Below the pieces are notes generated by a model. That model worked only from the letters and a program-made list of their open reading frames with translations, ran no database searches and was not told the origin of the DNA. Shown piece by piece: positions 37,604 through 46,900 of a stretch of 64,000 nt of DNA; the stretch's first letter is position 1; each line of letters begins with the position of its first letter. The translations under genes were made by a program, and so were the position numbers. This DNA comes from Akkermansiaceae bacterium (GTDB lineage: Bacteria; Verrucomicrobiota; Verrucomicrobiia; Verrucomicrobiales; Akkermansiaceae): the NCBI GenBank assembly GCA_049596615.1, contig JBMYLT010000009.1, positions 67,768-131,767 on the forward strand, in the 5' to 3' direction.

Positions 37604-38167
37604 ATGAAAATAATTGCTGCCTTCCTCTTCCTGATCGGCCCGACTTTCCTTACCGCTGAACAACCAAAATACGTCTCGGAGGCTCCCCTTCCAAAAGGGT
37701 GGCCGGTCCCCGGACCATACAACCAGGTTTCGGAAAAGGCCTATCCGGAATACAGGGCCGCCGTCACCAACGGCTCCTCCGGGATGTCGTTCTGGACCCT
37801 CTTCGGCCACATCAAGAAAAAGGACATTCCCATGACCTCTCCGGTGGAAATGAAAATGGAGCAACAAGGAGACCGCATGGAGAAAGTCAACATGGCCTTT
37901 CTTTACCAGAACACCGGAGTCGGAAAAACCGGAGCCGACGGCAGGAAGGTTGAAGTCAAGGACATCAGAAAGTCCAAGGTCCTGAGCTACGCCTGGATGG
38001 GCGATGATTCGCGGGAACAAATCGCCACCGCTCAGAAAGCACTCGAGAATGCTCTCAAGGAGAAGGGCCTCAAGGCCGCCTCTTTTCGGATGCTTGGCTA
38101 CAACGGGCCCGGCACCCCCCGCAAAAAACGCACCTATGAGCTTCAAGCGATCCTCTCGGCCAAGTAG
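37604..38167 (+). CDS. Exported SOUL/heme-binding-protein-family protein
   Basis: Start set at ATG 37604 (MKIIAAFLFLIGPTFLTA). 'KAYPEYRAAV...MSFWTLFGHIKKKDIPMTSPVEM...LGYNGPGTPRKKRTYELQ' follows the SOUL pattern. Confidence 0.65.
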   Translation: MKIIAAFLFLIGPTFLTAEQPKYVSEAPLPKGWPVPGPYNQVSEKAYPEYRAAVTNGSSGMSFWTLFGHIKKKDIPMTSPVEMKMEQQGDRMEKVNMAFLYQNTGVGKTGADGRKVEVKDIRKSKVLSYAWMGDDSREQIATAQKALENALKEKGLKAASFRMLGYNGPGTPRKKRTYELQAILSAK

Positions 38168-38182
38168 GCTCCCGGCATCGCC

Positions 38183-38608
38183 ATGATGCTCACTGATCCC
38201 GTCAACATCACCTTCAAGTGCCCCGCTACCGACCCGCTCGGCCGCGAGGAAGTCATCGGGAAACTTCGCTTCCTTCCTGATGAGGTGGAGCTCTCCTGGC
38301 GTCTCAAAGGAAACGTCTTTATCGGTGGGAAGGGGGAAATGTCCAGCATCGTCCTCCCCTACGGCGAAATCGAGCACGTCGGGGTCGTCAAGCGATGGTG
38401 GAAGATCCGGAAACTGATTTTCCGTGTGTCCGACCCCAAACTTCTGGGAGACATCCCGGTCTCCGAAATGGGAAAACTCGAGATGGAAATCGATGATCGC
38501 TCAAGAGAAGAGGCCAAAAAGCTAGAATCACTGATCGATTTCAAACGCTCCATTTTCCTGCTTGATGCTCAGGAAGAACGCCTTAAGGCGATGAGGGAGG
38601 CTGAATAA
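38183..38608 (+). CDS. Hypothetical cytoplasmic protein (141 aa), no family recognised
   Basis: A clean ORF with coding-like composition, 15 nt after the SOUL gene stop. The C-terminal third is a charged helix. I recognise no motif. Confidence 0.5.
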   Translation: MMLTDPVNITFKCPATDPLGREEVIGKLRFLPDEVELSWRLKGNVFIGGKGEMSSIVLPYGEIEHVGVVKRWWKIRKLIFRVSDPKLLGDIPVSEMGKLEMEIDDRSREEAKKLESLIDFKRSIFLLDAQEERLKAMREAE

Positions 38609-38671
38609 GAAGATCTTAAATCGACAAAGATTGTCATTCTCGCAGGCCCCGAAAAATCCTAAGCTCTAGAG

Positions 38672-39916
38672 ATGCGGTTTCTTCTTGCCATACTCCCTCT
38701 CACCCTCGGAGCCCCTGCCGAGGAGAATTGGCCCCGTTTTCGTGGTCACAAGGGAAGTGGTCTCTCGTCCATCAAACTTCCCACTAAGCTCTCCAAAGAC
38801 ACTCTCATTTGGTCAGCCAAGCTCCCAGGTTCAGGATCCAGCTCTCCGGTGATTTGGGGGAAGAAGGTATTTCTCACCACCGAAAACCGAGACCGGCAAA
38901 GCGTTAGCCTAGTTTGTCTCAATACCATTTCAGGAAAGCTCCTTTGGGAGCGCCCCCTCAAAGTAGGAGCTTACCGCCTGCATCGATTCAACAATACCGC
39001 CGCTTCAACTCCGGCACTCTCCGGAGAACGCGTGGTCATACCTTGGTATGATGGCGTGGCCAAAATCGCGAAACTCACCGCCTTCGATCACGAAGGGAAA
39101 AAGCAATGGGACAAAAACCTGGGCTCCTTTCAAAGCCAACACGGTTTTTGCCTCAATCCAGTCATTCATGAAGACGCGGTCGTTGTCGCTTCCCTTCACA
39201 TGGGCGAGGGCTCGGTGACCAGTCTTTCCCTTGCCGACGGCAAGACCAACTGGAAAAATACCTATGACGGCGGAGGCAAGAAAACGAGCTACATTACCCC
39301 GCTGATTCTCTCGGGGAGCCGCGGAAAAGAAGTCGTCCTCGCCAGTCATTCCCACGGGGTCTGGGCACTCGATGCCAAGACCGGTAAAGAAATCTGGTCA
39401 CTCCCAGAGAGCATGAATCACCGAACCATCGTCTCTCCGTTCAACCTCCTCCCAGGCAAGGGTGAAGAAAAACTGATTGGTGCCGGCTGTAAGAACGGAA
39501 CCTACATCGCAGTGCGTCCTCCACGTAAGGTCGGGGAAAAAGCCGCGATCTCATGGCGCATGGAGGGAAAAACTCCCTATGTTCCGACTCCCGTTTCCAG
39601 CGGAGGCATCTTCTACTCATTGTCCGACGGAGGCGATCTCTTTGCGATTGAAGCCGGCTCAGGAAAAACCCTTTGGACCAAAAACCTCCGCGCCAACTTC
39701 TATGCCTCCCCGCTGATGGCCCAAAACATGCTCTATGCCCTCACGCGCGAGGGGGAGCTCATCATTGCCAACCTCGACAAAGGCTATACCGAAATCTCCC
39801 GAAATCCCCTCAGTCCAAGCCCCGGAATCCGTCATACTGACGCCACCCCAGCCATCGCTCGCGATCGACTCTTTCTGCGTGTCGGAGACCGGCTCGATTG
39901 CCATGGCTCAAAGTGA
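38672..39916 (+). CDS. Exported PQQ-like (BamB-like) beta-propeller repeat protein
   Basis: Signal peptide. 'NWPRFRGHKGSG...SSPVIWGKKVFLT' and repeated W/G-containing blades. Confidence 0.8.
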   Translation: MRFLLAILPLTLGAPAEENWPRFRGHKGSGLSSIKLPTKLSKDTLIWSAKLPGSGSSSPVIWGKKVFLTTENRDRQSVSLVCLNTISGKLLWERPLKVGAYRLHRFNNTAASTPALSGERVVIPWYDGVAKIAKLTAFDHEGKKQWDKNLGSFQSQHGFCLNPVIHEDAVVVASLHMGEGSVTSLSLADGKTNWKNTYDGGGKKTSYITPLILSGSRGKEVVLASHSHGVWALDAKTGKEIWSLPESMNHRTIVSPFNLLPGKGEEKLIGAGCKNGTYIAVRPPRKVGEKAAISWRMEGKTPYVPTPVSSGGIFYSLSDGGDLFAIEAGSGKTLWTKNLRANFYASPLMAQNMLYALTREGELIIANLDKGYTEISRNPLSPSPGIRHTDATPAIARDRLFLRVGDRLDCHGSK

Positions 39917-39934
39917 AACCCGTTTTCCATTTCC

Positions 39935-42130
39935 GTGAAGACCCTCGCACCGCTTTCCGTTCTCCTGATCCTTTCCGCTCACTCACCGGCTCAGACCACG
40001 CGAGTCGTCGGGAACAAGTTCGAAATCACAGTCAAGGATGACCCCGATCACTACGTCGTTCTCGAAAAATCCCGTGGACTGGGGAATTGGAAACCTGTTG
40101 CGGTCACTGGAGCCCAAGCCCCAGACCAACTGACTCTGACCGACCCCTTTGTCAGAAAACCCAATTCATTCTATCGTGTCCGGTCAGTTCCCAACGCGAC
40201 TCCGGGCGATCTCGACAACGACGGACGAAACGATTTTCAGGAAGGATACGCTGCCTTCCTCAACGCTGCCGACCCTTTTCCAGAAGTTTCGGGCGACATC
40301 TATCTTCGTGATGTCGAACGCTACAACGAACTGTCGAAGCGGGACAATTTTCCCGGGGCCGCCAACGTCCGCGAAGTGAAGTTCCTGATCACCGATATCC
40401 GAGACCAGCCGAAGCTTCATTTCATGAATGTCAACCGGCACCAATTTCACCACAGTTTTGCCCGTGATGTTCTTGGCTTCCGGTCGGGTCTTGGGGCCTT
40501 CAACAGTCAGACCTACTTCTCCAATGCCGCCCGACGAAATCTCGCCGGCTCCTTGGTATTTCACGAAAACTACATCGCACCCGACGGATCGGAGGGTATT
40601 TACACCCTTGAGTTCTGGCCCACTGATCCTGTTCCGTTCGAATTCATCGAGCTGGCCTACGAAATGGTCGCCATCAACGCTCCCTTCATCGAACGTCTGG
40701 CCTACCACGCCCCAAGCGAGACCCAACGCCAAATCCAAGCCGCCAGCCAGGCCGACTTTGAGGCTTCTTTCGTCCACACCATTGAAACCGACGAGCTTTT
40801 TACCAATGTCACCTACCAGCCGATGAATCAGGAGGAGGCATTTGGTCGGTTGGTTCTTTCCACCGGATCGGAGGTCCTTTCGGCACGGGACATCGTCATC
40901 TTCCGCAATCTTCCCAATGACCTCACCTACGTCTCAGGAATCATCACCGAAGTTCCCCAGACCCCGCTGTCGCACGTCAATTTGAAGGCCCAACAAAATG
41001 GAACCCCCAACGCCTTTATCGCCGATGCCTCGACCCACCCCGAGATTGCCCCTCTCATCGGTCAGAATGTCTTTTACCGGGTGACTCCGGAGGGCTTCGA
41101 AATTCGCCCGGCCACCCAGGAAGAAGTGGACACCTTCTTCGAGTCTATCCGGCCCCCTGAAACGACCTTCCCCCCTCGCAACCTCAGTGAAACCGAGATC
41201 AAACCTCTTTCGCAGATCTCCTTTGCTCAATCTAATGCGTTCGGAGGCAAGGCCGCCAACCTGGCCGAACTTCGCCGAATCATGCCAGCCAACACACCCG
41301 ATGGCTTCGCAATCCCATTTTATTTCTATGACCAGTTCATGCAGCACAATGGCTTCTACGAGGTCCTCGACACCATGCTCGCTGATCCTGACTTCCAGAC
41401 CGTGCCGGACATTCGCTCGCAGATGTTGGCGGACTTCCGGGAGATGATTAAGGAAGACAGCACCATGCCTCAGTGGATGTATGACGCCCTCAGCGAGCTT
41501 CGGATGTCTTTCCCGACCTACGTCACTCCCAGACTTCGCTCCAGTGCCAACGCTGAAGATTCCACCAACTTCAACGGCGCGGGCCTTTACGATTCCTTCT
41601 CCCACTACTGGGACGAAGGGCACCTCGGCAAGAGCGTCCGTCAGGTCTGGGCCAGCCTTTGGAACTACCGCGCCTATGAGGAACGCGAATTCTATCGCAT
41701 CGATCACCGCACCTCTGCGATGGGTATTCTCGTCCACCCCAACGAAAAATACGAGCAAGCGAACGGAGTGGCGGTCGCCCGCAACATCTTTGATCCCAAT
41801 TGGGAAGGCTATTACTTCAACGTTCAAGTCGGCGACAACCTCGTCACCAATCCGGATGTGAACACCGTCCCCGAAGAATTCCTAGCGGCCAGTCTCCTTG
41901 GAAACAGCGGGATTGAGGTGCAATACATCGGCTACTCAAACCTCCTTGAAGCCGGTGAGACCATTCTTACCCGGGAGCAAATTCTCGATCTCGTGGAAAA
42001 GATGAGACGCCTCAATAACCACTTCCGAAGCCTCTACCGAGGCAACAGTGATTTTGCGATGGAGATCGAATTCAAGATCACGATGTACGGCGAGCTTTCG
42101 ATCAAGCAAGCCCGCCCCTACAACGGGTAA
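39935..42130 (+). CDS. Exported protein with a C-terminal PEP/pyruvate-binding ATP-grasp domain (PPDK_N) and no phosphohistidine or PEP-utiliser domains
   Basis: GTG start, signal peptide 'KTLAPLSVLLILSAHSPAQ'. N-terminal beta module and a 'GDLDNDGRNDFQEG' Ca-binding-like loop. The C-terminal 'GGKAANLAELRRI', 'RSSANAEDSTNFNGAGLYDS', 'VRQVWASLWNYRAYEER' and 'MGILVHPNE' match the PEP synthase/PPDK N-terminal domain. Confidence 0.8.
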   Translation: MKTLAPLSVLLILSAHSPAQTTRVVGNKFEITVKDDPDHYVVLEKSRGLGNWKPVAVTGAQAPDQLTLTDPFVRKPNSFYRVRSVPNATPGDLDNDGRNDFQEGYAAFLNAADPFPEVSGDIYLRDVERYNELSKRDNFPGAANVREVKFLITDIRDQPKLHFMNVNRHQFHHSFARDVLGFRSGLGAFNSQTYFSNAARRNLAGSLVFHENYIAPDGSEGIYTLEFWPTDPVPFEFIELAYEMVAINAPFIERLAYHAPSETQRQIQAASQADFEASFVHTIETDELFTNVTYQPMNQEEAFGRLVLSTGSEVLSARDIVIFRNLPNDLTYVSGIITEVPQTPLSHVNLKAQQNGTPNAFIADASTHPEIAPLIGQNVFYRVTPEGFEIRPATQEEVDTFFESIRPPETTFPPRNLSETEIKPLSQISFAQSNAFGGKAANLAELRRIMPANTPDGFAIPFYFYDQFMQHNGFYEVLDTMLADPDFQTVPDIRSQMLADFREMIKEDSTMPQWMYDALSELRMSFPTYVTPRLRSSANAEDSTNFNGAGLYDSFSHYWDEGHLGKSVRQVWASLWNYRAYEEREFYRIDHRTSAMGILVHPNEKYEQANGVAVARNIFDPNWEGYYFNVQVGDNLVTNPDVNTVPEEFLAASLLGNSGIEVQYIGYSNLLEAGETILTREQILDLVEKMRRLNNHFRSLYRGNSDFAMEIEFKITMYGELSIKQARPYNG

Positions 42131-42150
42131 TTTCGGAATCAGTCGAATCC

Positions 42151-42933
42151 CTAAGCCACCACCTTTTCTTTTCGCAAAAAGACCAGAGTAGCGTCGTCGG
42201 AATCCCCCTTGCTAAAACGATAGCCGGCCGTTTTGAATTTCTTGAGTTCAGCAGGGTCAGTCACGCCATTTCGAACGACGAAGTCCGCCATCATACCCCG
42301 CGCTTTCTTCGCGAAAAAGGAGATGATTTTGTATTGGCCGTTCTTCTCGTCCTTGAAAACCGGAGTAATGAGCCGGCCTTGAAGCTGGTCCTTCTTGACC
42401 GACGAAAAATATTCGTTGGAAGCGAGATTCACGATGTGGTCCGATCCTGATTTGCGAAGATCGGCATTGATTGAGCGGGTCAGACGGTCTCCCCAAAATT
42501 CGTAGAGGTTTTTGCCGCGCTCATTTGCCAACTTGGTTCCCATTTCAAGCCGATAAGGTTGCATGAGATCCAGTGGGCGAAGCACTCCGTAGAGGCCCGA
42601 AAGAATGCGAACGCGTTTCTGGGCGGTGTCGAAGTCATCCTTGTTCCAATGCTCGAGATCCATGCCCTGGTAAACATCGCCAGTGAAAGCGAGCAGGGCC
42701 GGCCTAGCATTGGACCGGGTCGCTTCTTCCTCCCACTCGGCAAAACGATCATGGTTCAACTGGGCCAGCTTCCCGCTGATCGCCATCAACTTCTGGAGGC
42801 GCCCCACCGGGAATTTTCGGAGCTGAGAAACCAACTCGGCCGAATAAGTCATAAAACGGGGATTGGTGGCCCGCCGGGTCAGGAGGGGAGATTCGTAATC
42901 CAGCGATTTTGCGGGCGAAAGCAGAACAATCAT
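42151..42933 (-). CDS. yaaA: Peroxide-stress protein YaaA (UPF0246)
   Basis: 'MIVLLSPAKSLDYESP', 'AYTGDVYQGMD'-type block ('AFTGDVYQGMDLE') and 'LSGLYGVLRPLDLMQPYRLEM'. Confidence 0.9.
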   Translation of the reverse strand: MIVLLSPAKSLDYESPLLTRRATNPRFMTYSAELVSQLRKFPVGRLQKLMAISGKLAQLNHDRFAEWEEEATRSNARPALLAFTGDVYQGMDLEHWNKDDFDTAQKRVRILSGLYGVLRPLDLMQPYRLEMGTKLANERGKNLYEFWGDRLTRSINADLRKSGSDHIVNLASNEYFSSVKKDQLQGRLITPVFKDEKNGQYKIISFFAKKARGMMADFVVRNGVTDPAELKKFKTAGYRFSKGDSDDATLVFLRKEKVVA

Positions 42934-43088
42934 GATCCACTAAACCTGCCTTTTGGACCCAAAATTGCAACCCACCAACTGGAATTGATGTGTCAGAAAG
43001 TTTTACCCAAACAAATCAGGAGAAGCGGATCGCTTGTCATATTATGTTTGGGCTTTTATTATCCGCCCTGAACTAAAAAAACCAACAA

Positions 43089-43787
43089 ATGAAACAACTG
43101 AACACCACCTTCGGCGCCTTTCTCCTCGGAGCTATCACGCTGACCAGCCAAATCAATGAAGTCGCCGCCGAAGAAGTCCAGATTGACGGAGCCAAAATAG
43201 GCCACTGGACGATGGACTTTGACGCCGCCAAGAAGATCGCCGCAGAAAAGAAACTCCCCATGCTTCTTAACTTCACCGGTTCCGACTGGTGCGGCTGGTG
43301 CAAGCTGATGGACGGCAATGTTTTCGCCAAGAAACCTTGGACCGACTACGCCGCTGAGAACGTCCTTCTCGTCACCCTCGATTTCCCGAACGACAAAAGC
43401 ATCGTCCCGGAAAAATACGTCAAGCGGAACCAGGAACTTAAAAATCAGTTCGGCGTCCGTGGCTACCCGACCTACATCATTCTCGAAAGTGATGGCACCA
43501 CCAAGATTGGCCAGCTGGGAGCAGGACGGGACAAGACCCCCGAGTCGTTCATCTCCGAGTTCAAGAATGTGGTCCGCATGAGCGAAGCCAGCATAGAAGC
43601 CTACGCCAAGGCCAACCCCAGCAAGGCCAAAGACTACAAAGCCGCCATTCAGGGAGTGAAAGATTCAAAGAAGGCCCTGAGCGACTGGATTGCCACCCGT
43701 CCCGAGCGGAACGACGAAAACACCAAGAAATACGAGGCCTTCCTCAAAGCCATCAAAGATGCCGAGGCCAAGCTCACTGAATTCTAG
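43089..43787 (+). CDS. Exported thioredoxin-fold protein (CGWC active site)
   Basis: Signal peptide. 'PMLLNFTGSDWCGWCKLMD' and 'GVRGYPTYIIL'. Confidence 0.8.
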   Translation: MKQLNTTFGAFLLGAITLTSQINEVAAEEVQIDGAKIGHWTMDFDAAKKIAAEKKLPMLLNFTGSDWCGWCKLMDGNVFAKKPWTDYAAENVLLVTLDFPNDKSIVPEKYVKRNQELKNQFGVRGYPTYIILESDGTTKIGQLGAGRDKTPESFISEFKNVVRMSEASIEAYAKANPSKAKDYKAAIQGVKDSKKALSDWIATRPERNDENTKKYEAFLKAIKDAEAKLTEF

Positions 43788-43810
43788 GTTCGAGCCTTCC
43801 CAATCTTTTC

Positions 43811-43838
43811 AAAGCCGCTCATCCGAGCGGCTTTTTTG
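43811..43838 (+). terminator. Rho-independent terminator after the thioredoxin-like gene
   Basis: AAAGCCGCTC-atcc-GAGCGGCTTT, followed by a T run. Confidence 0.7.
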
Positions 43839-43964
43839 TGGTTTGGTCCCCCCTTTCCGCCTTCAAATTCCGAATCCGCTTCACCAGACTCAACACCGAT
43901 GTCGCTTTGGCCCCTTGTCATGGCAACACTTTTGGGACAGTGTTTACTTTACACATACAACATC

Positions 43965-46900
43965 ATGAACTGCCTCCGGATCCCGCTTTTCCAATCCGCC
44001 CTTTTCCTCGGACTCGTGTCCCCGATGACAATTCAAGCTGAGCAGGTGATCTTCTCGGAGATCCAATACAATGCAAAAGCCGGGCTCCCCGATTTCATCG
44101 AAATCACCAACAACACCGCCACCCCTTTCGATACTGGCGGCTGGTTTTTTTCCGATGGGATCATCTTCACCTTTCCAGATTTTGACGCCGCCAAACCCTC
44201 GGCACACATTCTCAAGCACTTCGAAACCATTCTCGTTTCCCCAGTCGAGGAAGCCGATCTGCGGGCCGCTTACCCGGGTATCCCGGCCGAGACGCGTATC
44301 TTTGGCCCTTACTCCGGCGCACTCTCAAACTCGGGCGAGACCCTAGAACTCAGTGACAAAAACGGCATCGTCCTGACCACCATCGATTACAACGACGGAA
44401 GAAAGTGGCCTGCCGCCGCGGACGGCACTGGTCACAGCCTCATTCGCGTCAATCCCAACCGGACCAATGCCGGGTGGAGAAACTGGGAGGCCAGCCCCCG
44501 CCCGGGAGGCACGCCTGGAGTGACGCCTGCCAACTCGGAAGGGCCTCCCACCACCACCACTCGCATCGTCGAGTTGAATTCCCCCTGGAAGTACGATCAA
44601 AACTCAGGCAACGCCAATCTCGGGACCGACTGGCGTGATTTGGAATACGACGATAACAGCTGGCCCGAGGGACCCGGAGTGTTTGGTCGCGAAACCGGGG
44701 AGGTCTTTGGCACTCCGTGGACCACCGGAAACAGAACGACCTACTACCTCCGCCACCGCTTCCAGATCAACGAAGGGTTTTCGGCCGCCAGCATCGATAT
44801 CAATGCCCACATTGATGATGGCGTGGTCTTTTACCTGAACGGCCAGGAGGTCGGCCGCTTTAACATGCCAGCTGGCGAGATCAGTTTCGACACCCCTCCC
44901 AGTAGTAGTCGGGAATGGGACGAATTCGTGGAAATCGCCTTGGGCACCGATGTTACGAACAGACTTCGGATCGGGGAAAACGTCCTCGCGGTCGAAGTCC
45001 ACAACTGGAGACCAGGCAACAACGATATCTACTTCGGCACCGAAATCGACCTTACGGTAGCCTCCCTTCCCTCCGGGCCGCTCCCCGAATTACTCATCAG
45101 CGAGATTCACTTCGACAACAAAGGAATGATAGATTGGGTCGAACTCCATGCTCCCGGTAACTCGCCCGTGACCGTCGACGGTCTTGGACTCGCGACCACC
45201 CGGTCACTGACCAACACCGCAGCCATCAATGGCACAATCCCAGCCGGCGGCTACCTCAGCTTTCCGGTCTCACTGGGCATCGATGAAAACGGAGACCTTG
45301 ATCTCTTTCTCGTCCAAGGGGACACCGTTCTCAATGCCGCGCGCACAAATCGTGGCTCCAATGAAGTCAGCTTCCAGTCGCTTCCGGTCGGCGAAGAATG
45401 GTTTGGCGGAGCCGATGACACTCGCGACGCCCCGAATAATCCGGCCTCCCGCCAGACCGATATCGTCATTAATGAAATCATGTTCGACGCCCCTTCCGAC
45501 CACGTCTCGGCGGAATTCATCGAACTCTTCAACCGCGGATCCGTAACGGTGGATCTTTCGGGTTGGGAATTTACCGAAGGGATCCGCTTCGAATTCCCTC
45601 CCGGCACTACTCTAGCCTCCGGCCAGTATCTGGTAGTTGCAGCCGATGCCAGCTATATGCAGGAAAACTATCCTGGCCTGACCGTGCTGGGCGATTGGTC
45701 GGGAGGATTGCGCGACCGTGGCGAGCTCCTCCGGCTCGAAGACCAGTTCGGCCAATTGGCCGATGAAGTCGACTATCTTCCCGGGGGAGACTGGCCCAAT
45801 CTCGCCGACGGTGACGGGAGCAGTATGGAGCTCCGCCATCCCGATATGGACAACAACGTGGCCAGCGCATGGGCCGACAGCAACGAGAGTGAAAAGTCAA
45901 CGATGCAAACCTTCACCTACACCGGTGAATTCACCCGCGCTCCGTGGAATCCCCTGAGCTCGGGCCAGGAACTTCACGCCCATCTTGTTGGAGATGCCCA
46001 CCTCATCCTCGAGAACATCAAAGTCGTGCTCGAGGATACAGAGAACAACCTCCTTCGAAACCCCGCCGCGATGTCGTCCACCTCCTCAAGCGCCGAGGGC
46101 TGGGTCTGCCAAGGCACGCATCACCTGAGCTTTTTCGATGGTCCCCGGCTCAATCTCATCTCCACAGGTCATGGAGACAACAAGGCCAACCGAGCAGAGG
46201 TCGACTTCCAGACCGCTCCGATCTTTAACAATCTTTACACCCTGTCATTCGACGCCCGGTGGATCTACGGCAAGTCGCGGATCATCTTCCAAACGCTCGA
46301 TCATGGCTTTGGAACTTCGTTCCTGATCCCGATCCCTGGAAATCTCGGAACTCCCGGTGCGCCCAACTCCTCTGCAACCGCTGGTCCCCCACCCTCAATC
46401 TCCGGCTTGATTCATCAACCCGCCGTTCCCAGAGCCTCCCAAGGTGTCACGGTCTCCGTAAACGTCGGCTCAGCAGCGTCCGGCCTGGAAGTCGATTTGG
46501 TTTATCGCCTGGACAATAACAATGGAAACGGTTCGTGGTTGCGGGCCCCGATGACCAATGTGAGCGATGACTTGTATCAAGTGACCGTCAACAACTTCAC
46601 CAGCCAGGGCAACATCGTGCAATTTTATGTGGAAGCCATGGCCGGCGGAATTTCCACCACCCAGCCGAAGTTTGGCGCAGAGCGTCCCGCCCTCTGGGTG
46701 GTCGATGATCGCACCATGCCCGACAGCCTGCTGCAACATCGCTTCGTGATTTCCAACTACGATCTTCGTGCCCTCAATGTCTCACTGGGGAATGGTCCGG
46801 CCTATAACTTCAACTTTCCACGTATGTCGAACCAGTACTTTAATGCCACCTTCATCGCGAACGAAAGTGAGATCTACTACAACGCTGAGATCCGCAAGAG

